From the NCBI GenBank assembly GCA_964434115.1, contig CAYSSX010000001.1:18197-82196 (forward strand): 64,000 nucleotides of DNA. Reading direction: 5' to 3'. The DNA comes from an uncultured bacterium. Lineage in GTDB: Bacteria > Omnitrophota > Omnitrophia > Omnitrophales > Aquincolibacteriaceae. Positions 36,147-45,060 of the stretch are shown piece by piece. The translations under genes and the position numbers were made by a program. Every line of letters begins with the position of its first letter. Positions within the stretch are counted from its first letter, which is position 1. Below the pieces are notes generated by a model that saw only the letters and a program-made list of their open reading frames with translations, searched no databases and had not been told where the DNA came from.

Positions 36147-36407
36147 GTGTTCAGGCGGGAAATACAGAATATGGGACAGGGAGGACCGAACTTGAAAGAA
36201 GTTAACCTTAACGAAAAAGAGATGGGGCGCTTCACCATCACCGAGGTCGCTGAAAAAATCGGTGTGACGACCAAGACCATCATCCGCTGGGAAAAGGCTG
36301 GAAAAATCAAACGCCCCAAACGCGATTGGAAGGGGTGGCGTGTTTATTTGCAGGAAGATCTGGACGCCCTCGAGCGCTTGGTCAATTCCGTCTATGAGAT
36401 GGAATAG
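36147..36407 (+). CDS. Small excisionase/MerR-like HTH (HTH_17) DNA-binding protein. The start is uncertain; the core begins at Met 36222.
   Basis: The segment FTITEVAEKIGVTTKTIIRWEKAGKI is closely related to the HTH of the receiver-fused regulator at 3638. Confidence 0.65.
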   Translation: MFRREIQNMGQGGPNLKEVNLNEKEMGRFTITEVAEKIGVTTKTIIRWEKAGKIKRPKRDWKGWRVYLQEDLDALERLVNSVYEME

Positions 36408-36408
36408 T

Positions 36409-37428
36409 ATGAAAAAAATTGAAAGAGAGGAATTGGCTTACATGAAATTTTTCAAAAAATGCCGTACTTACTTTTGCACCCTGATGGTACTCGTGATTGG
36501 AACACAGCAAGCTTCCGCTGATCCGCTCGTTTATCGCGGGAATGACCGTCCGGACCTTCAACAGTCCCCGAACACGATGGACGGAAATTCGGGAATGGTT
36601 CCGGTGAACTACTCCACGAATTACGATACCCAGTACAGCCCCTACGCGAGCTTTATGCAGTCTCCTTACCCTCAGGGCTATGCCCGGGGCGGAGCGCAGC
36701 AGGCCTATTCCGGAGGAATGCCGCCTGCCGGCAGTGATCCTTATTCTGCCAATGAAGTTTCTCCGTACTCCAAATATTCCCCGTATATGGAAATCATCGG
36801 GGAAGGTTCTAATTACACCCTGGGCGTTGATGACGTGGTGACGATTGTGGTCCGTGATCAGCCGGATTTTTCAGGCCGTTTTGTGGTCGACCCCTTCGGG
36901 AACATTCAATACAACTTCTTAGGGGACATTAAAGCGGAAGGCCGCACCAAGGAAGAAATCAAGGCCGAGATCACCGAGAAACTTAAAGAGTATGTCCGCT
37001 TCCCGGACACGGCTGTGATGGTGTCGGAATACCGCAGCAAAAACGTTTATGTGTTCGGGTTTGTCAATCGTCCCGGCAAGTACGCGATGAAAGGCAACCA
37101 GATCACGGTGAAAGAAGCGATTGTGGCCGCCGGACTTCCCCGTATGGATGGTTCGCTGGACCGCGTTTATGTGATCCGTCCTTCCGAATTCCGGGATGAG
37201 GCGAAGGCCGCGAAAAAGAAAGTTAATCTTAAGAAGCTGATTGAAAAGGGTGACTCTGCCGAAGACTTCATGCTTCAGCCCGGCGATACCCTGATCGTTC
37301 ATCAGCGCTACTTTGATAAGTTCGTCAATGCGTTCTCCCGTCTTGTCGGCCCGATGTTCCAGGCCGCTGCCGTATATGAACTTGGCTTTGGCAGCAAAGA
37401 CGGCGGATTTATCAGCAAGGGTAAATAA
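36409..37428 (+). CDS. Polysaccharide export outer-membrane protein (Wza-like; Poly_export + SLBB)
   Basis: It has a signal peptide (MKFFKKCRTYFCTLMVLVIGTQQASA), a Poly_export core (LGVDDVVTIVVRDQPDFSGRFVVDPFGNI) and SLBB domains. A Tyr/Pro/Ser-rich insert precedes the core. The alternative start is 36442. Confidence 0.85.
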   Translation: MKKIEREELAYMKFFKKCRTYFCTLMVLVIGTQQASADPLVYRGNDRPDLQQSPNTMDGNSGMVPVNYSTNYDTQYSPYASFMQSPYPQGYARGGAQQAYSGGMPPAGSDPYSANEVSPYSKYSPYMEIIGEGSNYTLGVDDVVTIVVRDQPDFSGRFVVDPFGNIQYNFLGDIKAEGRTKEEIKAEITEKLKEYVRFPDTAVMVSEYRSKNVYVFGFVNRPGKYAMKGNQITVKEAIVAAGLPRMDGSLDRVYVIRPSEFRDEAKAAKKKVNLKKLIEKGDSAEDFMLQPGDTLIVHQRYFDKFVNAFSRLVGPMFQAAAVYELGFGSKDGGFISKGK

Positions 37429-37584
37429 ATGACGAAAGAAAAATTTTTAAAGGCTGTCCAGAATGCGTGGTGCCGTTACCTTCGGGTTTCTAACTGCGGA
37501 TTTCTTTTTATCCCGCTGATCATTGCCGGCGGAAGACTGGTCGCCCGGATTATTATGAATACCTGGGACATGCTGGAAAGCTGA
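37429..37584 (+). CDS. Possible small ORF (51 aa, hydrophobic core) between the wza-like and wzz-like genes. Its TAAATG start overlaps the wza stop.
   Basis: The translation is MTKEKFLKAVQNAWCRYLRVSNCGFLFIPLIIAGGRLVARIIMNTWDMLES. It is below the ORF-track cutoff, and no homology could be assessed. Confidence 0.25.
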   Translation: MTKEKFLKAVQNAWCRYLRVSNCGFLFIPLIIAGGRLVARIIMNTWDMLES

Positions 37585-37670
37585 TCCCTAAGGTTTGCAG
37601 AGCGCAAACCCAAGGGTTTGCTGGAAGGCAGACCCGAGCAGGACAATTTCATTAAGGAGAGCTTGACCTC

Positions 37671-38885
37671 ATGAACATTAATTCTGTCACACAATCGCTT
37701 AGGCTTCGCGAGTACTACTACATGCTCCTTCGCCACAAGCTTGTGCTGTTTTTGTCGACGATCTTGTGCCTTACGGCGTCGGTTGTGATTGCTTTTTCGA
37801 TGCCGAAGGTTTACCGAGCGGAAATGGTGCTTATGACCGAAGGGGACAATATCCTGAGTCCTTTGGTCAGCGGCCTTGCCATTACGCCGTCGGCCCAAGC
37901 GCGTATGCGAACCTTGCGTGAGCAGATGCTTTCCTGGCCGCGTTTGACGCTCATGGCTGAAAAAATGGGACTCGATAAGCAGATCAAGAACCCGCTTCAG
38001 TATGAAAGCATGATCGGCGGGCTCCGCAACAGCATTTCTTTGAAGCTTCGCGGCAACGGTATTATTTCAGTGGGTTTCGAAGGCAGTGATCCTAAAAAGG
38101 CCCAGGAAATCACTAAGGTCCTCGGCGACATTATCACGGAAGGAACCATCACTTCCGCGAACCTTGAAGCCAACAGCGCGATTCAGTTTTTGGAAGAGCA
38201 GCTGGATGAATACCGTAAAAAACTGGAGCTTTCGGAAAACAAACTCCGCGAATTTCAGGAACTCTACAATTACACGCTTCCGGTCGCGACGCGCATGAAC
38301 GAACAGCTGGTGGCCCTCAAGCTTGAACTCAACAGCCTGTTGATTGATAACACGGAAAAGCACCCGAGGGTTCAGCACACGCGTCAGCTGATTGAGCAGC
38401 TTGAACAGCAGCGCAACAAGCAAATGCTGGCCGCAAAAGAAGCCGGTTTCGATATCAATAATACGGATTACGCGCAGTTGATCTCCAGCGCGCCTCTTCA
38501 GGAACAGATGCTGGCCAAGCTCAAGCGTGACTACAGCGTCAACGCCGAGCTTTATCAGAAACTCCTTCAGCGCCTTGAAACAGCCCGTCTTTCGCAAACG
38601 CTTGAAGCCAAAGACAAGGGGCTTAATTTTAAAGTTCTTGAACCCGCGCGCCTTCCGCTGAAACCCGCGAAGCCCAACAAGCCGCTCATTATGCTGGCCG
38701 GTTTGGCCTGCGGCCTTGGCTTAGGCGTCGTACTTGTGTGGGTCATTGAACTGGCAAACAACTCGATCCGCAACGTGGAAGAAGCCAGACGTCTTCTGGA
38801 TTTCCCGATCTTCGGAGCTATTTCGACGATTAAAGTCGAAGAACTCATGCTCGGAGAAAGAATGAGGGCCGAAGCGGGTGTATAA
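37671..38885 (+). CDS. Polysaccharide chain-length determinant / co-polymerase (Wzz/PCP family, GumC/EpsA-like) without a fused kinase domain
   Basis: It has an N-terminal TM helix and Wzz motif (LLRHKLVLFLSTILCLTASVVIAFSMPKVYRAEMVL), a long coiled-coil periplasmic region and a C-terminal TM helix. Confidence 0.85.
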   Translation: MNINSVTQSLRLREYYYMLLRHKLVLFLSTILCLTASVVIAFSMPKVYRAEMVLMTEGDNILSPLVSGLAITPSAQARMRTLREQMLSWPRLTLMAEKMGLDKQIKNPLQYESMIGGLRNSISLKLRGNGIISVGFEGSDPKKAQEITKVLGDIITEGTITSANLEANSAIQFLEEQLDEYRKKLELSENKLREFQELYNYTLPVATRMNEQLVALKLELNSLLIDNTEKHPRVQHTRQLIEQLEQQRNKQMLAAKEAGFDINNTDYAQLISSAPLQEQMLAKLKRDYSVNAELYQKLLQRLETARLSQTLEAKDKGLNFKVLEPARLPLKPAKPNKPLIMLAGLACGLGLGVVLVWVIELANNSIRNVEEARRLLDFPIFGAISTIKVEELMLGERMRAEAGV

Positions 38886-39720
38886 CGTTTTCTACGGTTT
38901 CAGCGAAGAACCTTTCTCCATTACGCCGGACTCGTCCTTCTTCTACCCGTCCGAACAGCACCGCACCGCTTTGGACGCTTTGACCTACGCGGTTCGTCAG
39001 CGCAAGGGGTTTGTGGTGGTGACCGGTCCCATTGGTTCCGGTAAAACAACGGTGGTCAGAACCCTTCTGAAACGCCTCGACCACAAACACCGCACAGCCG
39101 TGATCACCAACAGCAATCTCAGCCCTAAGGGCGTCATTATGATGCTGCTGGAGGATTTGGGGGTCAGCTACAAGGACGGATCCAAAGAGCGCCTTCTGAT
39201 TCAGCTTAATCAGTACCTTGTGCGGCAGGTGATGGAAGGCTACAACGTGGTGCTGGTCGTGGATGAAGCGCAGAACCTGAGCCCGCTTTGCCTTGAGGAA
39301 CTCCGGATGCTTTCCAATCTTGAAACCGAAAAAGAAAAGCTGATTCAGATTGTTTTGATCGGCCAGCCGGAACTCCGCAAAAAACTTGAGATGAACCGTT
39401 TGGAACAGCTGACGCAGCGCGTGGCTGTGCATTACCACCTCGTGCCTCTGAATTATGAGGAAACGCGGAATTACATTCTGCACCGTTTGAAGACTGTGCA
39501 GAAAGAAGGCTACGATTTATCCACACTTTTTACCGAAGGCGCGATCGAAGCGGTTTACGATTACGCGCAGGGTGTGCCCCGGAAGATCAATGTGCTTTGC
39601 GATCATTCGCTTTTGACGGGGTTTGTGCGGGAGTCCCACATTATTACGCGGGACCTCGTTGAAGAATCCATTCTCGAGATTCGATTCCAAGGAGAGAAAA
39701 CTTATGAGCAAATTCAGTGA
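38878..39720 (+). CDS. ExeA-like AAA ATPase of the kind associated with PEP-CTERM/exosortase-type EPS loci
   Basis: Walker A is VVTGPIGSGKTT and Walker B is VVLVVDEAQNL. It is about 280 aa and sits between the chain-length determinant and the BY-kinase. Confidence 0.8.
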   Translation: MYNVFYGFSEEPFSITPDSSFFYPSEQHRTALDALTYAVRQRKGFVVVTGPIGSGKTTVVRTLLKRLDHKHRTAVITNSNLSPKGVIMMLLEDLGVSYKDGSKERLLIQLNQYLVRQVMEGYNVVLVVDEAQNLSPLCLEELRMLSNLETEKEKLIQIVLIGQPELRKKLEMNRLEQLTQRVAVHYHLVPLNYEETRNYILHRLKTVQKEGYDLSTLFTEGAIEAVYDYAQGVPRKINVLCDHSLLTGFVRESHIITRDLVEESILEIRFQGEKTYEQIQ

Positions 39721-40678
39721 AGCTTTAGGCAAAATCCAGGAGCAGGGCCGCAGGCCCGAGCCTCGCCGGGAAAAGCCTGTTAAAGAAGTTCCGGCTTACC
39801 GGGGCGCCGAAGCAGGGGCGAGCCGTCTGCCTGCCTGGGATACCGGGATTAAAACCTTGAAGAACACCAAGCCGGAAGCGACGATTGTCACCAACCGTTT
39901 TCCGAATTCCCTGATCACGGAACAGTACCGCATGCTCCGCACCAGCCTCAAGGCCCAGTGCGTGAAGGACGGTGTTCAGGTGATCATGGTTTCAAGCTCC
40001 CTTCACAGCGAAGGAAAGAGCGTGACCGCCACCAACCTTGCAATGTCGCTTGCCGAGGATGAAAATCTCAAGGTCTGTCTTATTGACGCGGACCTTCGTA
40101 AGGGCAAGATCCACGACTATCTGGGTTTTGGAAAAGACCAGAAAGGCCTGTCGCATCTTTTGGAAGAAAATCTGAGCCCGAAAGAAGTGCTGGTCCGCAG
40201 CCTCTGTCCGAACCTTTGCGTGATTCCAAGGGGCTATATTCCCAAGAACCCCTCCAGTGTGATCGGGTCTGAACGTTTTCGTATCCTGCTCGCGGAACTG
40301 CGCACGATGTTCGATTATATCGTCGTGGACGCGCCGCCGATTATGTCGGTCGCGGATCCGGGCATTATTGCCCGTGATGTGGACGGTGTTTTGTTTATCA
40401 TTCAGATCGGACGCACGCCCAAGACCATGATCGCGCACTCGAACATGCTTTTTAAGCAGGCGGGCGCGAGAATGCTGGGTTATGTCCTGACCAATGTCGA
40501 ATATCAGAATTCCGAGTACCGCTACTACAACAACTATTATGAAGCGTACGAGGAAAACACCCCGAAGTTTAAAGACCGGGCGAAGTTCCACCTGAAACGC
40601 GTGGGGATGAGCCTTGAACAGAATGAAAGCCGTTTCAACCGTTGGTGGCACAAGGCGGTTCTGAAGCGCGAACAGTAA
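39704..40678 (+). CDS. Stand-alone protein-tyrosine autokinase (BY-kinase, CpsD/CapB-like) with a C-terminal Tyr cluster
   Basis: It has Walker A (SSLHSEGKS), A' (LIDADLRKG), B (DYIVVDAPP) and a C-terminal YQNSEYRYYNNYYEAYEE cluster. Confidence 0.85.
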   Translation: MSKFSEALGKIQEQGRRPEPRREKPVKEVPAYRGAEAGASRLPAWDTGIKTLKNTKPEATIVTNRFPNSLITEQYRMLRTSLKAQCVKDGVQVIMVSSSLHSEGKSVTATNLAMSLAEDENLKVCLIDADLRKGKIHDYLGFGKDQKGLSHLLEENLSPKEVLVRSLCPNLCVIPRGYIPKNPSSVIGSERFRILLAELRTMFDYIVVDAPPIMSVADPGIIARDVDGVLFIIQIGRTPKTMIAHSNMLFKQAGARMLGYVLTNVEYQNSEYRYYNNYYEAYEENTPKFKDRAKFHLKRVGMSLEQNESRFNRWWHKAVLKREQ

Positions 40679-40734
40679 CAATCCCATTACCGAACAAATC
40701 CCATTCAATTTTAAGGAAGGAAGAAACAACTTTT

Positions 40735-41685
40735 ATGGCTAAGTATTTAGTGACAGGCGGTGCAGGTTTTATCGGCTCCAATCTTGTGGATGAACTTTTG
40801 AAACGCAATCATACCGTGAGGATTATTGATAACCTCACGACCGGATACGCGCACAACATCCCGAAGGGCGTTGAGCTTGTGAAGGCGGATATCCGTGACA
40901 AGGCCAAAGTCCGCAAAGCGGTAAAAGGCATGAACGGCGTTTTCCATTTCGCGGCAAGCCGCGCGGTGCTCCGTTCGGTCGATAATCCGGTTGAAACCGA
41001 TGAGATTAATGTCGGAGGCACGCTCAACCTTTTGGTTGCGGCCCGCGATGCCGGCGTGAAACGTTTTGTGTTTTCTTCGTCTTCGTCAGTTTACGGGGAG
41101 ACCAAGGAACCCGTGCTGAATGAAACGCATCTTCCCGCCCCTTGCTCGCCGTACGCGGCCACCAAGATTATGGGGGAGTATTACCTGAGTATTTTCTCGA
41201 AACTCTACGGTCTTGAAACCGTATCGCTCCGATATTTCAACGTGTTTGGACCGCGTCAAAACCCCGAATCCAAGTATTCGGCCGTGATTCCGATTTTTAT
41301 CGACGCGCTCTTGAAAGAAAAGTCCCCTGAAATTCATTGGGACGGCAAACAGTCCCGCGACTTTTCCTATGTGGACAACGTGGTGCTCGGCAATATCCTG
41401 GCCATGACGACCCCGAAGGCGGACGGCGGCGTGTTTAACATTGCCTGTCACGAAGAGTTTTCGATTCTTGACATGTACCACGAACTGCAGCGCATCCTGA
41501 ATAAAAAGCATGTGAAGCCGATCTTTAAACCAAAAAGAGCAGGTGATATCCGCCGCACTTTGGCCGATATTACGAGAGCTAAAAAAGTCCTGAATTTCAA
41601 AGTGCAGACGCGCTTTATTGACGGCCTTGAAAAGACCGTGGACTGGTTTTTAAAGTCGGACGTTCTGAACAAAAAGAAAAAGTAA
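40735..41685 (+). CDS. NAD-dependent nucleotide-sugar epimerase (UDP-GlcNAc/UDP-Glc 4-epimerase family, WbpP/TviC-like)
   Basis: It has the Rossmann motif GGAGFIGS and the SDR catalytic YxxxK (SPYAATK). Confidence 0.85.
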   Translation: MAKYLVTGGAGFIGSNLVDELLKRNHTVRIIDNLTTGYAHNIPKGVELVKADIRDKAKVRKAVKGMNGVFHFAASRAVLRSVDNPVETDEINVGGTLNLLVAARDAGVKRFVFSSSSSVYGETKEPVLNETHLPAPCSPYAATKIMGEYYLSIFSKLYGLETVSLRYFNVFGPRQNPESKYSAVIPIFIDALLKEKSPEIHWDGKQSRDFSYVDNVVLGNILAMTTPKADGGVFNIACHEEFSILDMYHELQRILNKKHVKPIFKPKRAGDIRRTLADITRAKKVLNFKVQTRFIDGLEKTVDWFLKSDVLNKKKK

Positions 41686-41692
41686 ATTCGCG

Positions 41693-41716
41693 GGGACAGG
41701 CCGTAAGGCCTGTCCC
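41693..41716 (+). terminator. Stem-loop (10-bp GC-rich stem, GTAA loop) after the epimerase gene, a possible intrinsic terminator with a weak U-tract
   Basis: The element is GGGACAGGCC-gtaa-GGCCTGTCCC, followed by tctctgaactacttacttatatttt. Confidence 0.4.
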
Positions 41717-41757
41717 GTCTCTGAACTACTTACTTATATTTTGACAGGAGTTTTTTT

Positions 41758-43596
41758 ATGTGTGGAATTGTCGGATATGTGGGGCAGGAAAAAGTGGACA
41801 CGGTACTGCTCAACGCCTTGTCCCGTCTTGAATACCGCGGTTATGATTCCGCCGGCATCGCGACGCTTGATAAGGGCTTGATTTCCATTTTGAAAGAATC
41901 GGGAAAACTTTCCAACCTCCGCCGGCTGGTGGCGGAAAACCCTGTTTCCGGGCATATGGGCATTGGCCACACGCGCTGGGCCACGCACGGGGAACCGACA
42001 CAGCGTAACGCCCACCCTCACGCGGACGTCACGAACTCCGTGGCGCTTGTTCACAACGGGATTATTGAAAACCACGCTGAACTCAAACTCCACCTGATGG
42101 AAGCCGGCTATGTCTTTCAGTCAGATACTGACACGGAAGTCCTGGTCAAGCTTATCGAGAAGTACCACTTGAAGCAGGAGCACCCGCTTGAAGAAGCTGT
42201 GCGCCTTGCGATCGGCGAAATTGAAGGGACTTATGCGTTCTGTGTGATGAGTGCCCGCGAAAAAGGCAAGTTTATCGCCGCGCGTAAAGGCAGCCCTCTT
42301 GTGGTCGGGCTTGGTAAGGGCGAGAATTTTATCGCTTCCGACGCGCCCGCCTTGATTGATTACACCCGCGACGTCATTTTTATGGAAGACGACCAAATGG
42401 TGATTTTGACGCAGGACAAAGTCCGCGTGACCACGATGGCCGGAGTGGAAGTGACGCCGGTCATTACTAAAATCGACTGGGACTCCAAAGCTGCCAGCAA
42501 GGAAGGTTTTGATCACTTCATGCTGAAAGAAATTGAAGAACAGCCGAAGGTGATCGACCGCATTATTAAAACCCGCTTTGAACAGGGCGTGGATAAAAAT
42601 ATTTTCGACATTCTCCGCTTTGACGAGGACGTTTTAAAAAACACGGAACGCCTCATCATTCAGGCCTGCGGCACTTCCTGGCACGCGGCCTTGACCGGGA
42701 AGTTTCTTTTTGAAACCCTTTCCGGCATCCCGACCGAAGTGGATGTGTCTTCCGAATTCCGCTACCGCCAGCTCGCTTCCCAGAAAAATACCCAGGTTCT
42801 TTCCATCACGCAGTCCGGTGAGACGATTGATACCCTGATGGGGCTTCGCCAGGGGAAAGAAAAAAACTTTAAGACCCTTGCGGTTTGTAACGTGCTTGGA
42901 AGTACGATTGCCCGTGAGTCGGACGGCGTGATTTTTACGCATGCCGGCCCTGAAATCGGCGTGGCCTCTACCAAGGCGTACACGGCGCAGATCGCGGTTC
43001 TTTTTGCGCTCAGCCTTTACTGGGGCAAGATCCGGAACGCGATTGAGCCTAAAAGATACGAAGCCTTGATTGAAGAATTCCGCAGGATTCCGGAAAAGAT
43101 GCAGGCCGTGATCGCCCAGAAAGACAAGATCCGCCAGGTTGCGCAGAAATTCTACGAAGCCCGCGATTTTCTTTTTCTCGGCCGCGGCGTGAATTACCCC
43201 AATGCCTTTGAAGGCGCGCTCAAGATCAAGGAAATCGCCTATATTCACGCGACCGGGCATCCGGCGGGTGAAATGAAACACGGGCCGATCGCGCTCATTG
43301 ATGAAAAAATGCCGGTGGTCTGCATTGTCACCGAATCCGCGGTTTACGAGAAGATGGTTTCCAATATTCAGGAAGTGAAGGCCCGGAAAGGCCGCGTGGT
43401 TGCCATTGCCACGGAAGGCGATCATAAAGTGAAACAGTATGCCGAAGAGGTGCTTTATGTACCGCGCTGCGACGAATACCTTTCGCCTTTGTTAACGGTC
43501 TTGCCGCTTCAGTACCTGGCTTATTATGTTGCCGTGCTCCGCGGGACAGACGTGGATCAGCCGCGCAATCTGGCCAAAAGCGTCACGGTAGAATAA
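41758..43596 (+). CDS. glmS: Glutamine--fructose-6-phosphate aminotransferase
   Basis: It begins MCGIVGYVG (Ntn Cys) and has two SIS domains. It is 612 aa. Confidence 0.95.
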   Translation: MCGIVGYVGQEKVDTVLLNALSRLEYRGYDSAGIATLDKGLISILKESGKLSNLRRLVAENPVSGHMGIGHTRWATHGEPTQRNAHPHADVTNSVALVHNGIIENHAELKLHLMEAGYVFQSDTDTEVLVKLIEKYHLKQEHPLEEAVRLAIGEIEGTYAFCVMSAREKGKFIAARKGSPLVVGLGKGENFIASDAPALIDYTRDVIFMEDDQMVILTQDKVRVTTMAGVEVTPVITKIDWDSKAASKEGFDHFMLKEIEEQPKVIDRIIKTRFEQGVDKNIFDILRFDEDVLKNTERLIIQACGTSWHAALTGKFLFETLSGIPTEVDVSSEFRYRQLASQKNTQVLSITQSGETIDTLMGLRQGKEKNFKTLAVCNVLGSTIARESDGVIFTHAGPEIGVASTKAYTAQIAVLFALSLYWGKIRNAIEPKRYEALIEEFRRIPEKMQAVIAQKDKIRQVAQKFYEARDFLFLGRGVNYPNAFEGALKIKEIAYIHATGHPAGEMKHGPIALIDEKMPVVCIVTESAVYEKMVSNIQEVKARKGRVVAIATEGDHKVKQYAEEVLYVPRCDEYLSPLLTVLPLQYLAYYVAVLRGTDVDQPRNLAKSVTVE

Positions 43597-43725
43597 AGAG
43601 ATTTTTGGGGGCAGGGCATGACCTTGACCCCTTGAGGTATCAGTCTTGCACCTGCCATTACTTTGAGACGGCGGATGGCGGTGTGTTGTCAGTTTTGTTT
43701 TCATTTTTAGAAAGGAACCAAACAG

Positions 43726-45045
43726 ATGTCTAACACAACGGCGGTAACCCAAATGAGTCTTGATGAAAAGTTGAAAACCAAAACCCTTCGTGCGGGAATC
43801 ATTGGTCTTGGCTATGTCGGTCTTCCCTTGGCTGTGGAATTTGCCAAAGCGGGCATTGAGGTGGTCGGTATTGATGTGGACACACGGAAAGTGGAGGCTC
43901 TCAACAAGGGGGAGTCGTACATTCTGGATGTTCCGACCAAGGAAGTCGAAGAGCTCGTGAAAGCCAAGAAGCTTTCCGGGACCACCGATTTCAGCGTGAT
44001 CAAGACGCTGGATACCGTGAATATCTGCGTTCCGACGCCGCTCCGCAAATCCAAAGATCCGGACATGACCTATATCGTCGCCGCGACCGAACAGATTGCC
44101 AAGTATGTGCACGCCGGCATGCTGGTGATTCTTGAAAGCACCACTTACCCTGGAACCACCGAAGAGGTCATTCAGCCCATGCTTGAAGCCAAAGGGCTTA
44201 AAGTGGGCAAAGATTTTTATCTCGCCTTTTCGCCGGAACGCGTGGATCCGGGCAATGCGAAATACGGAACCCGCAACATTCCGAAGGTTGTCGGGGGCGT
44301 CACGAAAGACTGCACCCGTCTTGCCGGCGATTTTTATGCCCTTGCCATTGACCACGTGCACCGCGTTTCGTCACCCAAAGCGGCGGAGATGGTCAAGCTG
44401 CTTGAAAATACCTTCCGCAGCGTGAATATCGGCCTGATCAACGAGCTTTGCCAGATGAGCGCAAAGCTTGGCGTGGATGTTTGGGAAATTGTGGACGCCG
44501 CGGCAACGAAGCCTTTTGGTTTTATGCCGTTCTATCCCGGCCCCGGACTCGGCGGCCACTGCATTCCGATTGATCCGCATTATCTGGCCTGGACTGCGCG
44601 CAGCCACGGTTTCGCGCCGCGTTTCATTGAACTTGCCAGCGAAATTAACGCCCAGATGCCGGAATTTGTCGTGCGCAAGGCCCAGGAAATCCTGAACCAG
44701 CGGGGCAAGGCTGTGAAGGGCGCCAAGGTCCACCTTCTCGGAGTCACGTACAAGAAAAACGTTACGGATTGCCGCGAGACGCCGGCTGTGGAAGTGGTGG
44801 AGCTTTTGGAAAAAATGGGTGCCGTGGTCTCCTACTCGGACCCGTACGCTCCGGTTTTCCCGGTTCATCACACCACCTACAAATCCGTGGACGCGAAGGA
44901 AGCTTCGCTTAAATCCGATATTGCAATTCTTTTGACGGACCACGACAAATTTGACCGCAAGGCTTTAGCGGAACAGTTTCCCGTGATTTTGGACACTCGC
45001 AATGCTTTTAAAGGAATTCATTCTGAAAGGATCATCCAGCTTTAG
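43726..45045 (+). CDS. Nucleotide-sugar dehydrogenase (UDP-N-acetyl-D-glucosamine/mannosamine 6-dehydrogenase family, WbpA/TviB/WecC-like)
   Basis: It has an N-terminal NAD-binding motif (GIIGLGYVGLPLA) and the central and C-terminal UDPG_MGDP_dh domains. Confidence 0.85.
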   Translation: MSNTTAVTQMSLDEKLKTKTLRAGIIGLGYVGLPLAVEFAKAGIEVVGIDVDTRKVEALNKGESYILDVPTKEVEELVKAKKLSGTTDFSVIKTLDTVNICVPTPLRKSKDPDMTYIVAATEQIAKYVHAGMLVILESTTYPGTTEEVIQPMLEAKGLKVGKDFYLAFSPERVDPGNAKYGTRNIPKVVGGVTKDCTRLAGDFYALAIDHVHRVSSPKAAEMVKLLENTFRSVNIGLINELCQMSAKLGVDVWEIVDAAATKPFGFMPFYPGPGLGGHCIPIDPHYLAWTARSHGFAPRFIELASEINAQMPEFVVRKAQEILNQRGKAVKGAKVHLLGVTYKKNVTDCRETPAVEVVELLEKMGAVVSYSDPYAPVFPVHHTTYKSVDAKEASLKSDIAILLTDHDKFDRKALAEQFPVILDTRNAFKGIHSERIIQL

Positions 45046-45060
45046 GATGAGACAGGTGGC

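Noticed and set aside
41741-41757. A TTGACA hexamer just before glmS, considered as a -35 element or as part of a glmS ribozyme
   Set aside because: It lies only 12 nt from the ATG, so it cannot be a -35 element. The 70-nt leader is far too short for a glmS ribozyme, and the GGAG after it is simply the RBS.
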